A stretch of 36,271 bases of DNA from Kofleriaceae bacterium (GTDB lineage Bacteria; Myxococcota_A; Polyangia; Haliangiales; Haliangiaceae). Shown piece by piece: positions 1-8,256 of this stretch. Where the stretch lies: positions 1 through 36,271 of the forward strand of contig DASVMS010000944.1 of assembly GCA_036384235.1 (NCBI GenBank), written 5' to 3'. Below the pieces are notes generated by a model that had not been told where the DNA came from, did no database searches, and saw only the letters and a list, made by a program, of their open reading frames with translations. Position numbers and translations under genes: made by a program. How positions within the stretch are numbered: position 1 is the first letter of the stretch; each line of letters begins with the position of its first letter.

Positions 1-555
1 GTGACCCGGCGCTGCCCGACCGACGCCGCGCGCCGCGCGCTGCGGATCTCGCTGGTCCTGACCGACAACGACGGCGTGCTCACCGACGGCACGGTCTACG
101 TCGGCCCGGGCGGCGAGCAGCTGAAGGTCTACTCGGTGCGCGACGGCATGGGCGTCGAGCGGCTGCGCGAGCGCGGCATCGCGACCGGCGTCGTCACCCG
201 CGAGCCGCCCGACCTGATCGCACCGCGCGCCCAAAAGCTCGCGCTGCGCCATCTGTGGACGTCCGTCCGCGACAAGCAAGCCCAGCTCGACCGGATCCTC
301 GACGAGACCGGCCTCGGTCTCGACCAGCTCGCCTACATCGGCGACGACGTCAACGACCTCGGCATCCTCGGCGCCATCGGCGAGGTCGGCCTGACCGCCG
401 CGCCGGCCGACGCGATGCCACAGGTCCTGGGCGCGGTCCACTACATCTGTGATGCACCCGGCGGGCGCGGCGCATTCCGCGAGGTCGCGGAGTGGCTGCT
501 GCGCCTGCGCACCCAACCGGAGGTCCTTCATGAGGAGCGACGTCAAGATCGGTAA
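1..555 (+). CDS. HAD-superfamily KdsC-type sugar-phosphate phosphatase (KDO-8-P / nonulosonate-9-P phosphatase family). It starts at the window edge and may be 5'-partial.
   Basis: ORF 1..555. HAD motif I appears as LTDNDGVLTDG and the acidic motif as IGDDVNDL. The overall layout is typical of KdsC. The 3' end overlaps the next gene (530..555). Confidence 0.8.
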   Translation: MTRRCPTDAARRALRISLVLTDNDGVLTDGTVYVGPGGEQLKVYSVRDGMGVERLRERGIATGVVTREPPDLIAPRAQKLALRHLWTSVRDKQAQLDRILDETGLGLDQLAYIGDDVNDLGILGAIGEVGLTAAPADAMPQVLGAVHYICDAPGGRGAFREVAEWLLRLRTQPEVLHEERRQDR

Positions 556-1426
556 CAAGCGGGTGGGCGACGGCCGCCCGGTCTACGTGATCGCCGAGAT
601 CGGCATCAACCACAACGGCTCGGTCGACATCGCCAAGCGCATGATCGACGGCGCGGTCCTCGCCGGCTGCGACGCGGTCAAGTTCCAGAAGCGCACCCCC
701 GAGCTGTGCGTGCCGCGCGATCAGTGGCTGATCGAGCGCGACACGCCGTGGGGCCGGATGACGTACATCGACTATCGCCACAAGATCGAGTTCGGCGCCG
801 CCGAGTACGCCGCGATCGACGCCTACTGCCGCGATCGCGGCATCCAGTGGTTCGCCTCGGCGTGGGACGAGGCCGCGGTCGACTTCCTCGAGCAGTTCGA
901 TCCGCCCTGCTACAAGGCCGCCTCGGCCTCGCTCACCGACCACACCCTGCTGCGCGCGATGAAGGCCACCGGCCGGCCGCTGATCATCTCGACCGGCATG
1001 TCGACCATGGACGAGATCGAGGCCGCCGTCGCTGGGGTCGGGACCGTGGGTCGCGACCAGCTCCTGATCGCCCACTCGACCTCGTCGTACCCCTGCCCGG
1101 TCGAGGCGATCAACCTCAACATGATCGCCACCCTCCGCCGGCGCTACGAAGATCGTCCGATCGGCTACTCCGGCCACGAGGTCGGCCTGTCCCCGACCTG
1201 GGCCGCGGTCGCGATGGGCGCGTGCTTCATCGAGCGCCACCTCACCCTCGACCGCGCGATGTGGGGCACCGATCAGGCCGCCTCGGTCGAGGTCAGCGGC
1301 TTCATGCGCCTGGTCCAGAACATCCGCGACATCGAGCGCGCGTTCGGCGACGGCGTCAAGCGCGTCCACGCCAGCGAGCTGGCGAGCCGCACCAAGCTGC
1401 GCCGCGTGATGACCGCCGCGTCGTGA
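530..1426 (+). CDS. NeuB-family sialic/nonulosonic acid synthase (N-acetylneuraminate synthase-like), short form without an obvious C-terminal SAF domain
   Basis: The motifs VIAEIGINHNGS...AVKFQKR, LIISTGMST, GYSGHE and ERHLTLDR match the NeuB TIM-barrel family. The ATG at 530 is preceded by a GGAGG-like sequence (520-524) and was chosen over the longer ORF start at 449. Confidence 0.85.
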   Translation: MRSDVKIGNKRVGDGRPVYVIAEIGINHNGSVDIAKRMIDGAVLAGCDAVKFQKRTPELCVPRDQWLIERDTPWGRMTYIDYRHKIEFGAAEYAAIDAYCRDRGIQWFASAWDEAAVDFLEQFDPPCYKAASASLTDHTLLRAMKATGRPLIISTGMSTMDEIEAAVAGVGTVGRDQLLIAHSTSSYPCPVEAINLNMIATLRRRYEDRPIGYSGHEVGLSPTWAAVAMGACFIERHLTLDRAMWGTDQAASVEVSGFMRLVQNIRDIERAFGDGVKRVHASELASRTKLRRVMTAAS

Positions 1427-2181
1427 CCGGCTCCGCTGCCCTCTGGGCGCCCGTGATCGTCGTCGCCGGCGCCCTCGCGATCATCGCGCTCGAGCGGCTC
1501 CGGCCCTACGACCGCCAGCGCCTCCTGCGCGCCGGCCTCGGCGTCGACCTCGTCGGCTACGCCCTCGTCCAGAGCGCCGTGCTCTCCATCGTGATCCGCG
1601 GCCTGGTCGGCGCGCTCGACGCCGCCACGGGCGCGTCGCGACACGGCCTCGTCGCCGGCTGGCCCCTGGCCGCGCAGCTCGCCCTGTTCATCGTCACGCA
1701 CGACTTCTACATCTACTGGTTTCACCGCGCCCAGCACCGCGTCCCGCTGCTCTGGCGGCTGCACGAGGCCCACCACTCGGCGCGCGAGGTCGACTGGATC
1801 GCCGGCTCGCGGTCGCACGCCCTCGAGATCGTCATCAACCAGACCATCGAGGTCGCCGCCATGGTCCTCCTCGGCGCCTCCGCCGAGGTCATGCTCTACA
1901 AGGGCGCGATCAGCATCGCCTCGGGCATGTGGATCCACGCCAACGTCGACCTCCGCCTCGGCTGGCTGTCCCGCATCCTCAACGGCCCCGAGCTCCACCG
2001 CTGGCACCACGCCATCGACTACGCCCCGCCCGGCAAGAACTACGCGACCAAGTTCGCGCTCTGGGACTACCTGTTCGGCACCGCCGACCGCCGCCCCGGC
2101 AAGCCCGCCGGCTACGGCCTGGCCGATCCGTTCCCCACCGGCTTCCTCGCCCAGCAAGCCCACGCGTTCCGCCGGCGGTAG
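1423..2181 (+). CDS. Fatty acid hydroxylase / sterol desaturase superfamily membrane di-iron enzyme
   Basis: His boxes are present: HDFYIYWFHRAQH, HEAHHS and HRWHH. The N-terminus is hydrophobic. The GTG at 1423 overlaps the neuB-like TGA (GTGA), which indicates translational coupling. Confidence 0.8.
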   Translation: MTGSAALWAPVIVVAGALAIIALERLRPYDRQRLLRAGLGVDLVGYALVQSAVLSIVIRGLVGALDAATGASRHGLVAGWPLAAQLALFIVTHDFYIYWFHRAQHRVPLLWRLHEAHHSAREVDWIAGSRSHALEIVINQTIEVAAMVLLGASAEVMLYKGAISIASGMWIHANVDLRLGWLSRILNGPELHRWHHAIDYAPPGKNYATKFALWDYLFGTADRRPGKPAGYGLADPFPTGFLAQQAHAFRRR

Positions 2182-2300
2182 CGAACCCGATTCCTGCCGT
2201 ACGCATGAGGTGCGTGTTGGTCACCCACGCACTCCTCCGCCATATCGCCTGTTTGACCACGGGCAAGAACTACTGTTTATCTGCGATACCAAAAAATGTA

Positions 2301-2328
2301 TTGATATGAAAACACGGCTTCGTATAAA
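2301..2328 (+). promoter_or_regulatory. Putative sigma70-type promoter for the 2370 gene
   Basis: TTGATA (2301-2306), a 16-nt spacer, then TATAAA (2323-2328), located in the only AT-rich stretch upstream of the ORF. Pattern match only. Confidence 0.3.
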
Positions 2329-2369
2329 GCTTCTTCAACCAGTAGGGAGCTTCACCCAAAAAAGGGGCC

Positions 2370-3410
2370 GTGATGTATCGCAGTAAGAAGGCTCAATCCA
2401 TACATGGAACCAAGCAACGCAGGCGCAGGTGCTGCCTCACGGTGGTGGTCGGTCTCGGAGTGCTGCTGCTCGCCTCGGTGGGGCTCGCCGATTCGCCAGT
2501 CAGGCCCAGATCATCGGGCACCTTCCACCGCGGCTCGCTGACCCTGTCGCTCCACCGGGGTGGAAGTACGCCGTTCGAGGCCTTCCTGCCCGCACTCCCC
2601 TCCAACTGCGAGGGCGAGATGACACTCACGCTGTCGTGGGACGAACAAGAGAACTGGGTGCACGGCAAGCTCGAGGGCGAGCACGTGCTCGTCCCCTACC
2701 CGAGCATCCATCGGACCGACGGGGTCAACTTCTTTCCGAACCCGATCTGGCCCGAGCAGAAGGACTTCATCAACGGGCGCTATCTGCTCTGGACCCTCTC
2801 GCCCGCACGCATGATTACCTTCTACTACGACCGCACCACGTTGGACATCCTGGGCAGCGAGTTCGAGTTCCCCACGCCGCCGCCCGGGGCCATCCCGCTC
2901 ACCATTCCCGGCCTCAAGCTCTTCCCCACACCGTTCTTCCAGCCCGACCACGACGGCAACGTCGATCTCGAGTGGAGCTTGCCCTACGACAACGTGGTAC
3001 GCGGCGATCTCCCCCAGTTCACCCACTCGTACTTCTCCGAGCCCCCGGCGAACCTCTGCCTGTCGAACCCGGTCCGCTACGACCTGTCCACGACCCTCGG
3101 GTACACCAGCCCGGCGCGCCCCGCCGGGGAGGCGCTGTCGTTCTCGGAGTACCTCCGCAACGGGCTCATCTTCGACATCACCGCGGAGCCCCCGGCGTAC
3201 TTCACCTTCCCGCCGGTCGCGGGTCAGACCTCGTTCTACAGCGGCACGACGGTCGTCGGCGGAGGCATCCCCAGAGGCTGGTCGCTCGATCTCGACGCCG
3301 TGTTCATGAACAACGCACCTCCGATCAAGCCGTTTGCGGCGGCGGGTACATGCCAGGACTACTTCGTGCCCCGGCATGCCCCGAACATCGACTTCTGCAA
3401 GCGGCGCTGA
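2370..3410 (+). CDS. Secreted hypothetical protein with no recognisable domain
   Basis: The N-terminus is basic and followed by the hydrophobic signal-like segment CCLTVVVGLGVLLLASVGLADSP. The start is GTG 2370 or ATG 2373, preceded by AAAAGGGG. The codon pattern looks like genuine coding sequence, and the gene sits 15 nt upstream of the peroxidase-like gene. Confidence 0.65.
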   Translation: MMYRSKKAQSIHGTKQRRRRCCLTVVVGLGVLLLASVGLADSPVRPRSSGTFHRGSLTLSLHRGGSTPFEAFLPALPSNCEGEMTLTLSWDEQENWVHGKLEGEHVLVPYPSIHRTDGVNFFPNPIWPEQKDFINGRYLLWTLSPARMITFYYDRTTLDILGSEFEFPTPPPGAIPLTIPGLKLFPTPFFQPDHDGNVDLEWSLPYDNVVRGDLPQFTHSYFSEPPANLCLSNPVRYDLSTTLGYTSPARPAGEALSFSEYLRNGLIFDITAEPPAYFTFPPVAGQTSFYSGTTVVGGGIPRGWSLDLDAVFMNNAPPIKPFAAAGTCQDYFVPRHAPNIDFCKRR

Positions 3411-3425
3411 AAGGAGGCAAGGAAC

Positions 3426-4787
3426 ATGAACCGGACCACGACGCTCATCCTCTCCCCCGGTCTCCTGCTCTCGGCGGCGCTCGCGGCCTGCCAGGATTCC
3501 CCGCTCGGCGAGCCGATCGGCATCGCGCGCGACGACCTGCGATCCGCGAACGACGGCACCTACAACCTCCACCTCGAGGACACCGTCCGCTTCAACCCGA
3601 TCCAGCCGGGCTCCGATCCCGATCGCGGCCGGAGGCTGTTCGGCCTCGCCGGGGACCTCGAGGCCCCGGACGCGAGCCAGGCGCTGTTCCAGGGCCCCTC
3701 GCAGGCGTTCGGCGGCGCCGTCGTCTCGAACGGCCGGACCTGCTTCTCGTGCCACCGCGGCGTGCAGGCGACCTCGCTCGGCCTGCCCCGGCCGCCGCTC
3801 TCGGCGACCATCCCGCTCACCGATCCGGTCTTCACGGGCCTCGACGGCGACGCCCAGGGCGACCCGGACGGGATGCGCAACCTCGATCAGCTCGGCCTCC
3901 TCAAGTACCGGCCGCACCGGTTCAACCTCGCCCGGGCCCAGAGCGATCCGTTCCGGAAGGTCTTCGCGTGGCGCAAGGCCATCCGGCTGGTCAACGTGGC
4001 GTTCTCCGCCGGCTTCCTCAACGACGCCCGAGGCCGGCACATGTTCGAGGTCGAGCGGGGCGCGGTGTTCAGCCACACCCAGGACTCCGACAACCGCTTC
4101 GACGACCTGTTCACGGTGCGGGACGGCAACGACCTGCAGGCGTTCCTGTTCGGCATCCTCTCCGATCCGCGGCTCGCCGCGCTCCGCGACCCGAGCGACC
4201 CGATGTACGCCGTGCTCGTGACCGATCCGTTCTACACCGTGCCGATCGCGACCCAGGCCCAGAAGCGCGGCAGCGAGGTGTTCCGCAGGAATTGCATGAC
4301 CTGCCACAACACGCCCAACGTGTTCAACAACGTCTCCAACGTCGAGCCGCTCGGCAGCGACACCAGGCCGCCCAACTTCCCCTCGTTCGCGCCGGCCGTC
4401 GGACGGACCTTCGACGTCGGGGTCGCCGAGCGCAACCGGCACGGCCTGCGGTTCACCCACGACGACGGCGGTGGACAGTTCTCGCCGATCGTGATCCCGC
4501 TCGCCAACGAGGACGGCTCCACGAACCTGCTCACCGTGACCATCGACCTCGGGCTCGGCGCGATCACCGGGCGGACGGAGGACGTCGGGCGCTTCAAGGT
4601 GCCGCAGCTCCGCGGCGTCAGGAACAACGCGCCCTACTTCCACGACGACTCCGCGTTCTCGCTGGAGGAGGTCGTGGACTACTTCAACAGCGACCACTAC
4701 AACCGCTCGAAGGACGGGAGCAAGTTCCCGATTCACCTCGACGCGAGCCAGCGCGCCGATCTGCTCGCCTTCCTCCAGATCCTCTGA
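3426..4787 (+). CDS. Di-haem cytochrome c peroxidase (CCP/MauG)-like lipoprotein, divergent
   Basis: Lipobox LSAALAAC. Two CxxCH haem motifs (CFSCH, CMTCH). The motif FKVPQLRGVRNNAPYFHDDS resembles the conserved CCP motif. A strong RBS AAGGAGG lies at 3410-3416. Confidence 0.8.
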   Translation: MNRTTTLILSPGLLLSAALAACQDSPLGEPIGIARDDLRSANDGTYNLHLEDTVRFNPIQPGSDPDRGRRLFGLAGDLEAPDASQALFQGPSQAFGGAVVSNGRTCFSCHRGVQATSLGLPRPPLSATIPLTDPVFTGLDGDAQGDPDGMRNLDQLGLLKYRPHRFNLARAQSDPFRKVFAWRKAIRLVNVAFSAGFLNDARGRHMFEVERGAVFSHTQDSDNRFDDLFTVRDGNDLQAFLFGILSDPRLAALRDPSDPMYAVLVTDPFYTVPIATQAQKRGSEVFRRNCMTCHNTPNVFNNVSNVEPLGSDTRPPNFPSFAPAVGRTFDVGVAERNRHGLRFTHDDGGGQFSPIVIPLANEDGSTNLLTVTIDLGLGAITGRTEDVGRFKVPQLRGVRNNAPYFHDDSAFSLEEVVDYFNSDHYNRSKDGSKFPIHLDASQRADLLAFLQIL

Positions 4788-4805
4788 TCGGCCCATCCCT
4801 CGTCG

Positions 4806-5311
4806 CGCGCAGCTCGCCCTGTTCATCGCCACGCACGACCTCCACATCTACTGGTTCCCGCGCCCAGCACCGCGTCCCCCTGCCCTGGCGGCTGCGGAGG
4901 CCACCACTCGGCGCGCGAGGTCGACTGGATCACCGGCTCGCGGTCGCACGCCCTCGAGATCGTCATCAACCAGACCATCGAGGTCGCCGCCATGGTCCTC
5001 CTCGGCGCCTCCGCTGAGTCATGCTCTACAAGGGCGCGACCAGCATCGTCTCGGGCATGTGGATCCACGCCAACGTCGACCTCCGCCTCGGCTGGCTGCC
5101 CCGCGTCCTCAACGGCCCCGAGCTCCACCGCTGGCACCACGCCATCGACTACGCCCCGCCCGGCAAGAACTACGCGACCAAGTTCGCGTTCTGGGACTAC
5201 CTGTTCGGCACCACCGACCGCCGCCCCGGCAAGCCCGCCGGCTACGGCCCGGCCGATCCGTTCCCCACCGGCTTCCTCGCCCAGCAGGCTCACGCGTTCC
5301 GCCGCCGATAG
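4806..5311 (+). pseudogene. Decayed duplicate of the 3' roughly 510 bp of the hydroxylase gene (copy 2)
   Basis: Aligns by eye to 1672..2181 at roughly 95% identity. It carries small indels (for example ctggtttcaccgcg versus ctggttcccgcg, and gaggtcatg versus gagtcatg) that break the frame. The last 96 codons remain in frame (ORF 5021..5311). Confidence 0.85.
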
Positions 5312-5326
5312 CCCAACACAGCTGCT

Positions 5327-5346
5327 CGTAGGCACGCGTGCCTACG
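5327..5346. repeat. 20-bp perfect palindrome CGTAGGCACGCGTGCCTACG
   Basis: Read directly from the sequence. It lies 16 nt after the stop codon of hydroxylase copy 2, at the left edge of cargo segment 2. Confidence 0.7.
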
Positions 5347-5682
5347 CAAGACTCGGAGATCGGCGCCAACGCGCGTCATCGTGGCCACCCTCCCCCCCTG
5401 CGCGTGCTCGATCTCGGAGGCACCTTCGACCACGACCGAAAGAGCTCGTCGAGCTGCGCTGGGCTTTCGATCCTGGCGAGCGTACAAATCGCCTCGCACC
5501 TGGCAGATTCGGGAGACCGCCAACCGGCCTGTGACCGGCGCGACCAAGCTGATCCGGCTGACTCGAGCGCCCCGCTCACAGCCCACCGCCCCGCGCCGAC
5601 GCTCCTTCCTCCGGATTGAATTTGGGTTCTCAGAGAAGAAGACGAATGGTAGGTGCCGGCCGGGGTCACGACCGGGCGCGGC

Positions 5683-5994
5683 TCAGCGCTCCGCCGCCTT
5701 CCGGCGTGCCTCCAACTGCGCAGTGAGCGCGCTGACCTGCGCGTTCGCGAAACGAAGCGATGCGCTCGCCTGCTCCGAGGCCTTCGTGGCGAGCGACAGG
5801 ATCCGGCCGAACACCACGCGCTGGCGATCGTTCGCCGGCAGGGGGAGCGCCTCGGCGGCCGCCTCCGCCGCACGGGCGAGCGCCTCGATGTCGATCACCT
5901 CGGCGCGAAGGTTCTCGAGCGCGGTGCCTGCGTCGAAGTTGATGATCTCGGCGTCTTTGGATACCTTGGACTGGGTGCTGCGATGTGTCTGCAT
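5683..5994 (-). CDS. Small helical hypothetical protein (103 aa), divergent from the HNH gene
   Basis: GC-rich third codon positions. An AGGAG sequence lies 5 nt upstream of the ATG (minus strand). The sequence is Ala/Glu-rich and looks helical. The overlapping plus-strand ORF 5381..6067 is Ser/Arg/Ala-rich and was rejected. Confidence 0.55.
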   Translation of the reverse strand: MQTHRSTQSKVSKDAEIINFDAGTALENLRAEVIDIEALARAAEAAAEALPLPANDRQRVVFGRILSLATKASEQASASLRFANAQVSALTAQLEARRKAAER

Positions 5995-6143
5995 CGTGGC
6001 TCCTGGGCTCGTCGGTGGTGGAACACCGGCGGGCCGCTATGCTCAGACTGCTTGCGCCCCAGATTAAACATTGCCGCTCTGATCGCTTTTCAATGCTTGC
6101 AACTCGGCGGCGGTCGACTGGTCGTGGAGCGCGTGGCGCGACC

Positions 6144-8075
6144 ATGGTCTCGATGTCAGAGCGGTGTGATATGCACTCACGCATGAACGAGCTCGAACAG
6201 CTGGGCGAGCGGATTGCCGAGCAGGCAGCGCACCTCGATGCCGCCATGCATCGGTTCCTCACCGACCTGCGTGAGTTCGACCAGCGCGGCGGCTGGCATC
6301 AGCAGGGCGCGCGGACATGTGCCCACTGGCTCGCCTGGCGGGTCGGCTGGGACCTGGTCACCTCTCGCGAGCGCGTACGGGTCGCGGGCAAGCTCGCCGA
6401 GTTTCCGACGATCGACGATGCGCTGCGCCGCGGCGAGATGTCGTATTCGAAGGTGCGGGCCATGCTGCGCGTGGCGACGCCGGCGAACGAGGTATTGCTG
6501 CTCGAGCATGCGCGGCTCATGACGGCCTCTCAGCTCGAGACACTGTGTCGCAAGTACGCGGTCGTACAGCGCCACGGCCGGGATCCGCATCCCGTGGGCG
6601 ACGAGCAGCGCCGCTATGTCCGCCGCCGCGATACCGACAACGGCATGGTCAAGATCGAGGCCGTGCTTCACCCCGAGGAAGCCGAGCTGGTCTGGACCAT
6701 GCTCAACCACGCCGCGACCCAGCTCGCTCGTGAGCCCGATCGGTCTGCAAGGGACGATTCCGCGGAGTCGTGGGCCACGGCGCCGGCGACCGCGACTGCG
6801 ACCGCGTCGCCACCAGCCGCCGTGGTGGTCACCTCGCCCCTGTCAGATCTCGCCGACCTGAACAGCGATTCCGCGGAATCGCGACCGCAGCCTGAAGCAC
6901 CCACCTCCACTGCGACCACCTCGTCCATCTCCGGCAGGTATTTCGATACCTGCCCGATTGACGATTCCGCGGAATCGCGCCTGCACGCCTCGCCATCTGA
7001 TGCCACCGCGCCCGGGTCGCTGGTCGTACTCGCCGCTTCTGGCGACTTCGGCACCTGCCCGACCAACGATTCCTCGAAATCGCTGCCACACGACGCGGTG
7101 ACCGATGCCGTTGCACCCGTCATCCCCAAGCAGCTCGGTACCTGCCCGACCGACGGTTCCGCGGAATCGCCCAGCCCGGAGTTCCCGCGCCGGTCTCTGC
7201 TCGATCGCCTGCTGGATCAAGCGGATGCACTCCGGATCGCGGAGGGTGGGATGCGTGGCGAGACCGAGGCTCCGTCGAGCACCGGTGAGGCACCATCGAA
7301 CGGCCAGGCCGCAGCGCGCACGCCGGGTCGGTTGCAGCAGCGAGCGGACGCGGCCATGCGTGCGTTCAACCGCGCCGACGCCCTGCTCGCGGTCGCACAG
7401 CAATACCTGCGCGGCGATCGGCCGAACCGCTCGCCGATCGAGATCGTGCTCACGATCCCCGAGAGCAGCCTCCGCGCCGGGGCCGCCGATCCGCTCGAGA
7501 CAGGCGAGATGGGAGAGTCGTTCGTGTCCAGCGAGACCGCGCGCCGGCTCAGCTGTGATGCGGGCGTGGTCGAGATCATCGAGGACGAGTGCGGTACGCC
7601 GCTATCGGTCGGACGCAAGCGCCGCACGGTGGCAGGAGCGCTCAAGCGCGCGCTGCGCAAGCGCGATACGATCTGCTGTTACCCTGGCTGCACGAATCGC
7701 ATGTTCCTGGAAGGGCATCATATCAAGCACTGGGTGGATGGCGGAGAAACCAGCTTGCGGAACAGCGCTTTGCTGTGCAGCGCCCATCACCGGTATGCTC
7801 ACGAGTACGGATATGCGATCGAGCTCGGTCCGGATCAGCGACCCCGATTCCGCGATCCGCATGGCCGTCTGGTTGCGCAGGTTCCCGAGCGGCCTGTGAT
7901 CGCGGACCTCGGCTGGCCTCGACTCCGTGCGGAGAACGTGCCGCTTTCGATCACGGCGGATACGATCGCTTGCGGGTGGGATGGCACGGCGGCCAACTAC
8001 GGCGAGATCGTCGGCCATCTCTTGGTCGCCGATGGCATTCCGGGCTCGCGGGCATCGACGGCGCGTTGTACCTGA
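6144..8075 (+). CDS. DUF222-domain HNH endonuclease (REP13E12-like family)
   Basis: The N-terminus matches the DUF222 pattern (FDQRGGWHQQGARTCAHWLAWRVGWDLVTSRERVRVAGKL...GEMSYSKVRAM). The C-terminal HNH motif is CCYPGCTN...EGHHIKHWVDGGETSLRNSALLCSAHH. The start is uncertain: in-frame ATGs occur at 6144, 6153, 6171 and 6183, and the ORF is open from 5985. Confidence 0.85.
   Translation: MVSMSERCDMHSRMNELEQLGERIAEQAAHLDAAMHRFLTDLREFDQRGGWHQQGARTCAHWLAWRVGWDLVTSRERVRVAGKLAEFPTIDDALRRGEMSYSKVRAMLRVATPANEVLLLEHARLMTASQLETLCRKYAVVQRHGRDPHPVGDEQRRYVRRRDTDNGMVKIEAVLHPEEAELVWTMLNHAATQLAREPDRSARDDSAESWATAPATATATASPPAAVVVTSPLSDLADLNSDSAESRPQPEAPTSTATTSSISGRYFDTCPIDDSAESRLHASPSDATAPGSLVVLAASGDFGTCPTNDSSKSLPHDAVTDAVAPVIPKQLGTCPTDGSAESPSPEFPRRSLLDRLLDQADALRIAEGGMRGETEAPSSTGEAPSNGQAAARTPGRLQQRADAAMRAFNRADALLAVAQQYLRGDRPNRSPIEIVLTIPESSLRAGAADPLETGEMGESFVSSETARRLSCDAGVVEIIEDECGTPLSVGRKRRTVAGALKRALRKRDTICCYPGCTNRMFLEGHHIKHWVDGGETSLRNSALLCSAHHRYAHEYGYAIELGPDQRPRFRDPHGRLVAQVPERPVIADLGWPRLRAENVPLSITADTIACGWDGTAANYGEIVGHLLVADGIPGSRASTARCT
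6755..7169 (+). repeat. Five in-frame copies of a 16-18 bp palindromic motif (consensus CGATTCCGCGGAATCG) inside the HNH gene
   Basis: Copies lie at 6755-6770, 6866-6881, 6962-6977, 7067-7082 (degenerate) and 7154-7169. The spacings are 111, 96, 105 and 87 nt, all multiples of 3. Each copy encodes D-S-A-E-S (DSSKS in the degenerate copy 4). The last three are preceded by GTCP(T/I)(D/N). Confidence 0.75.
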
Positions 8076-8256
8076 CCGGCGGACTGGCCGAAGCGCGCGC
8101 AATACCTCGAGCTCGCGCTCGGGGCGTCCTGGTCACCCGCTCCCCCGGTGACTCCGCGACTGCCGGGCGGTGTTCCCAATGATCCATCATCGCCCGATGG
8201 CCATCCGAACGCGAAGGGGCGCCAGGGTCATTCTGGACAAGGCCGGCCAGGACGAG

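Larger units (their letters stand above)
2182..4805. mobile_element. Cargo segment 1, bounded by hydroxylase 3'-end copy 1 (left) and copy 2 (right). Putative integrated-element remnant with no recombinase gene.
   Basis: An AT-rich junction (2182-2369) follows the hydroxylase stop directly. Similarity to hydroxylase positions about 1672 onward resumes at about 4806. Confidence 0.4.
5312..8256. mobile_element. Cargo segment 2, bounded by hydroxylase copy 2 and remnant copy 3. Carries a DUF222/HNH endonuclease gene.
   Basis: Begins immediately after the stop codon of copy 2 and ends where hydroxylase similarity resumes at about 8257. No integrase or transposase ORF is present. Confidence 0.4.

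Noticed and set aside
449-529. Upstream extension of the NeuB-like ORF
   Set aside because: The extension (MMHPAGAAHSARSRSGCCACAP...) is not protein-like and lies wholly inside the KdsC-like gene. ATG 530 is preceded by a GGAGG-like sequence.
5381-6067. Plus-strand 228-aa ORF overlapping the small minus-strand gene
   Set aside because: The composition is Ser/Arg/Ala-rich and lacks protein-like features. The minus-strand ORF 5683..5994 has an AGGAG RBS and strong GC3 periodicity.
6755-7169. Possible CRISPR-like array (regularly spaced palindromic repeats)
   Set aside because: The repeats are only 16-18 bp long. Their spacings are unequal and all multiples of three. The whole array sits in frame within a continuous ORF between the DUF222 and HNH domains, and no cas genes are nearby.
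2182-8256. Integrase, transposase, inverted terminal repeats or a tRNA attachment site for the two cargo segments
   Set aside because: I looked in all six frames of both segments and at the junctions. No tyrosine/serine recombinase or DDE motifs, no terminal inverted repeats and no tRNA-like cloverleaf were recognisable. The only boundaries are the duplicated hydroxylase fragments.
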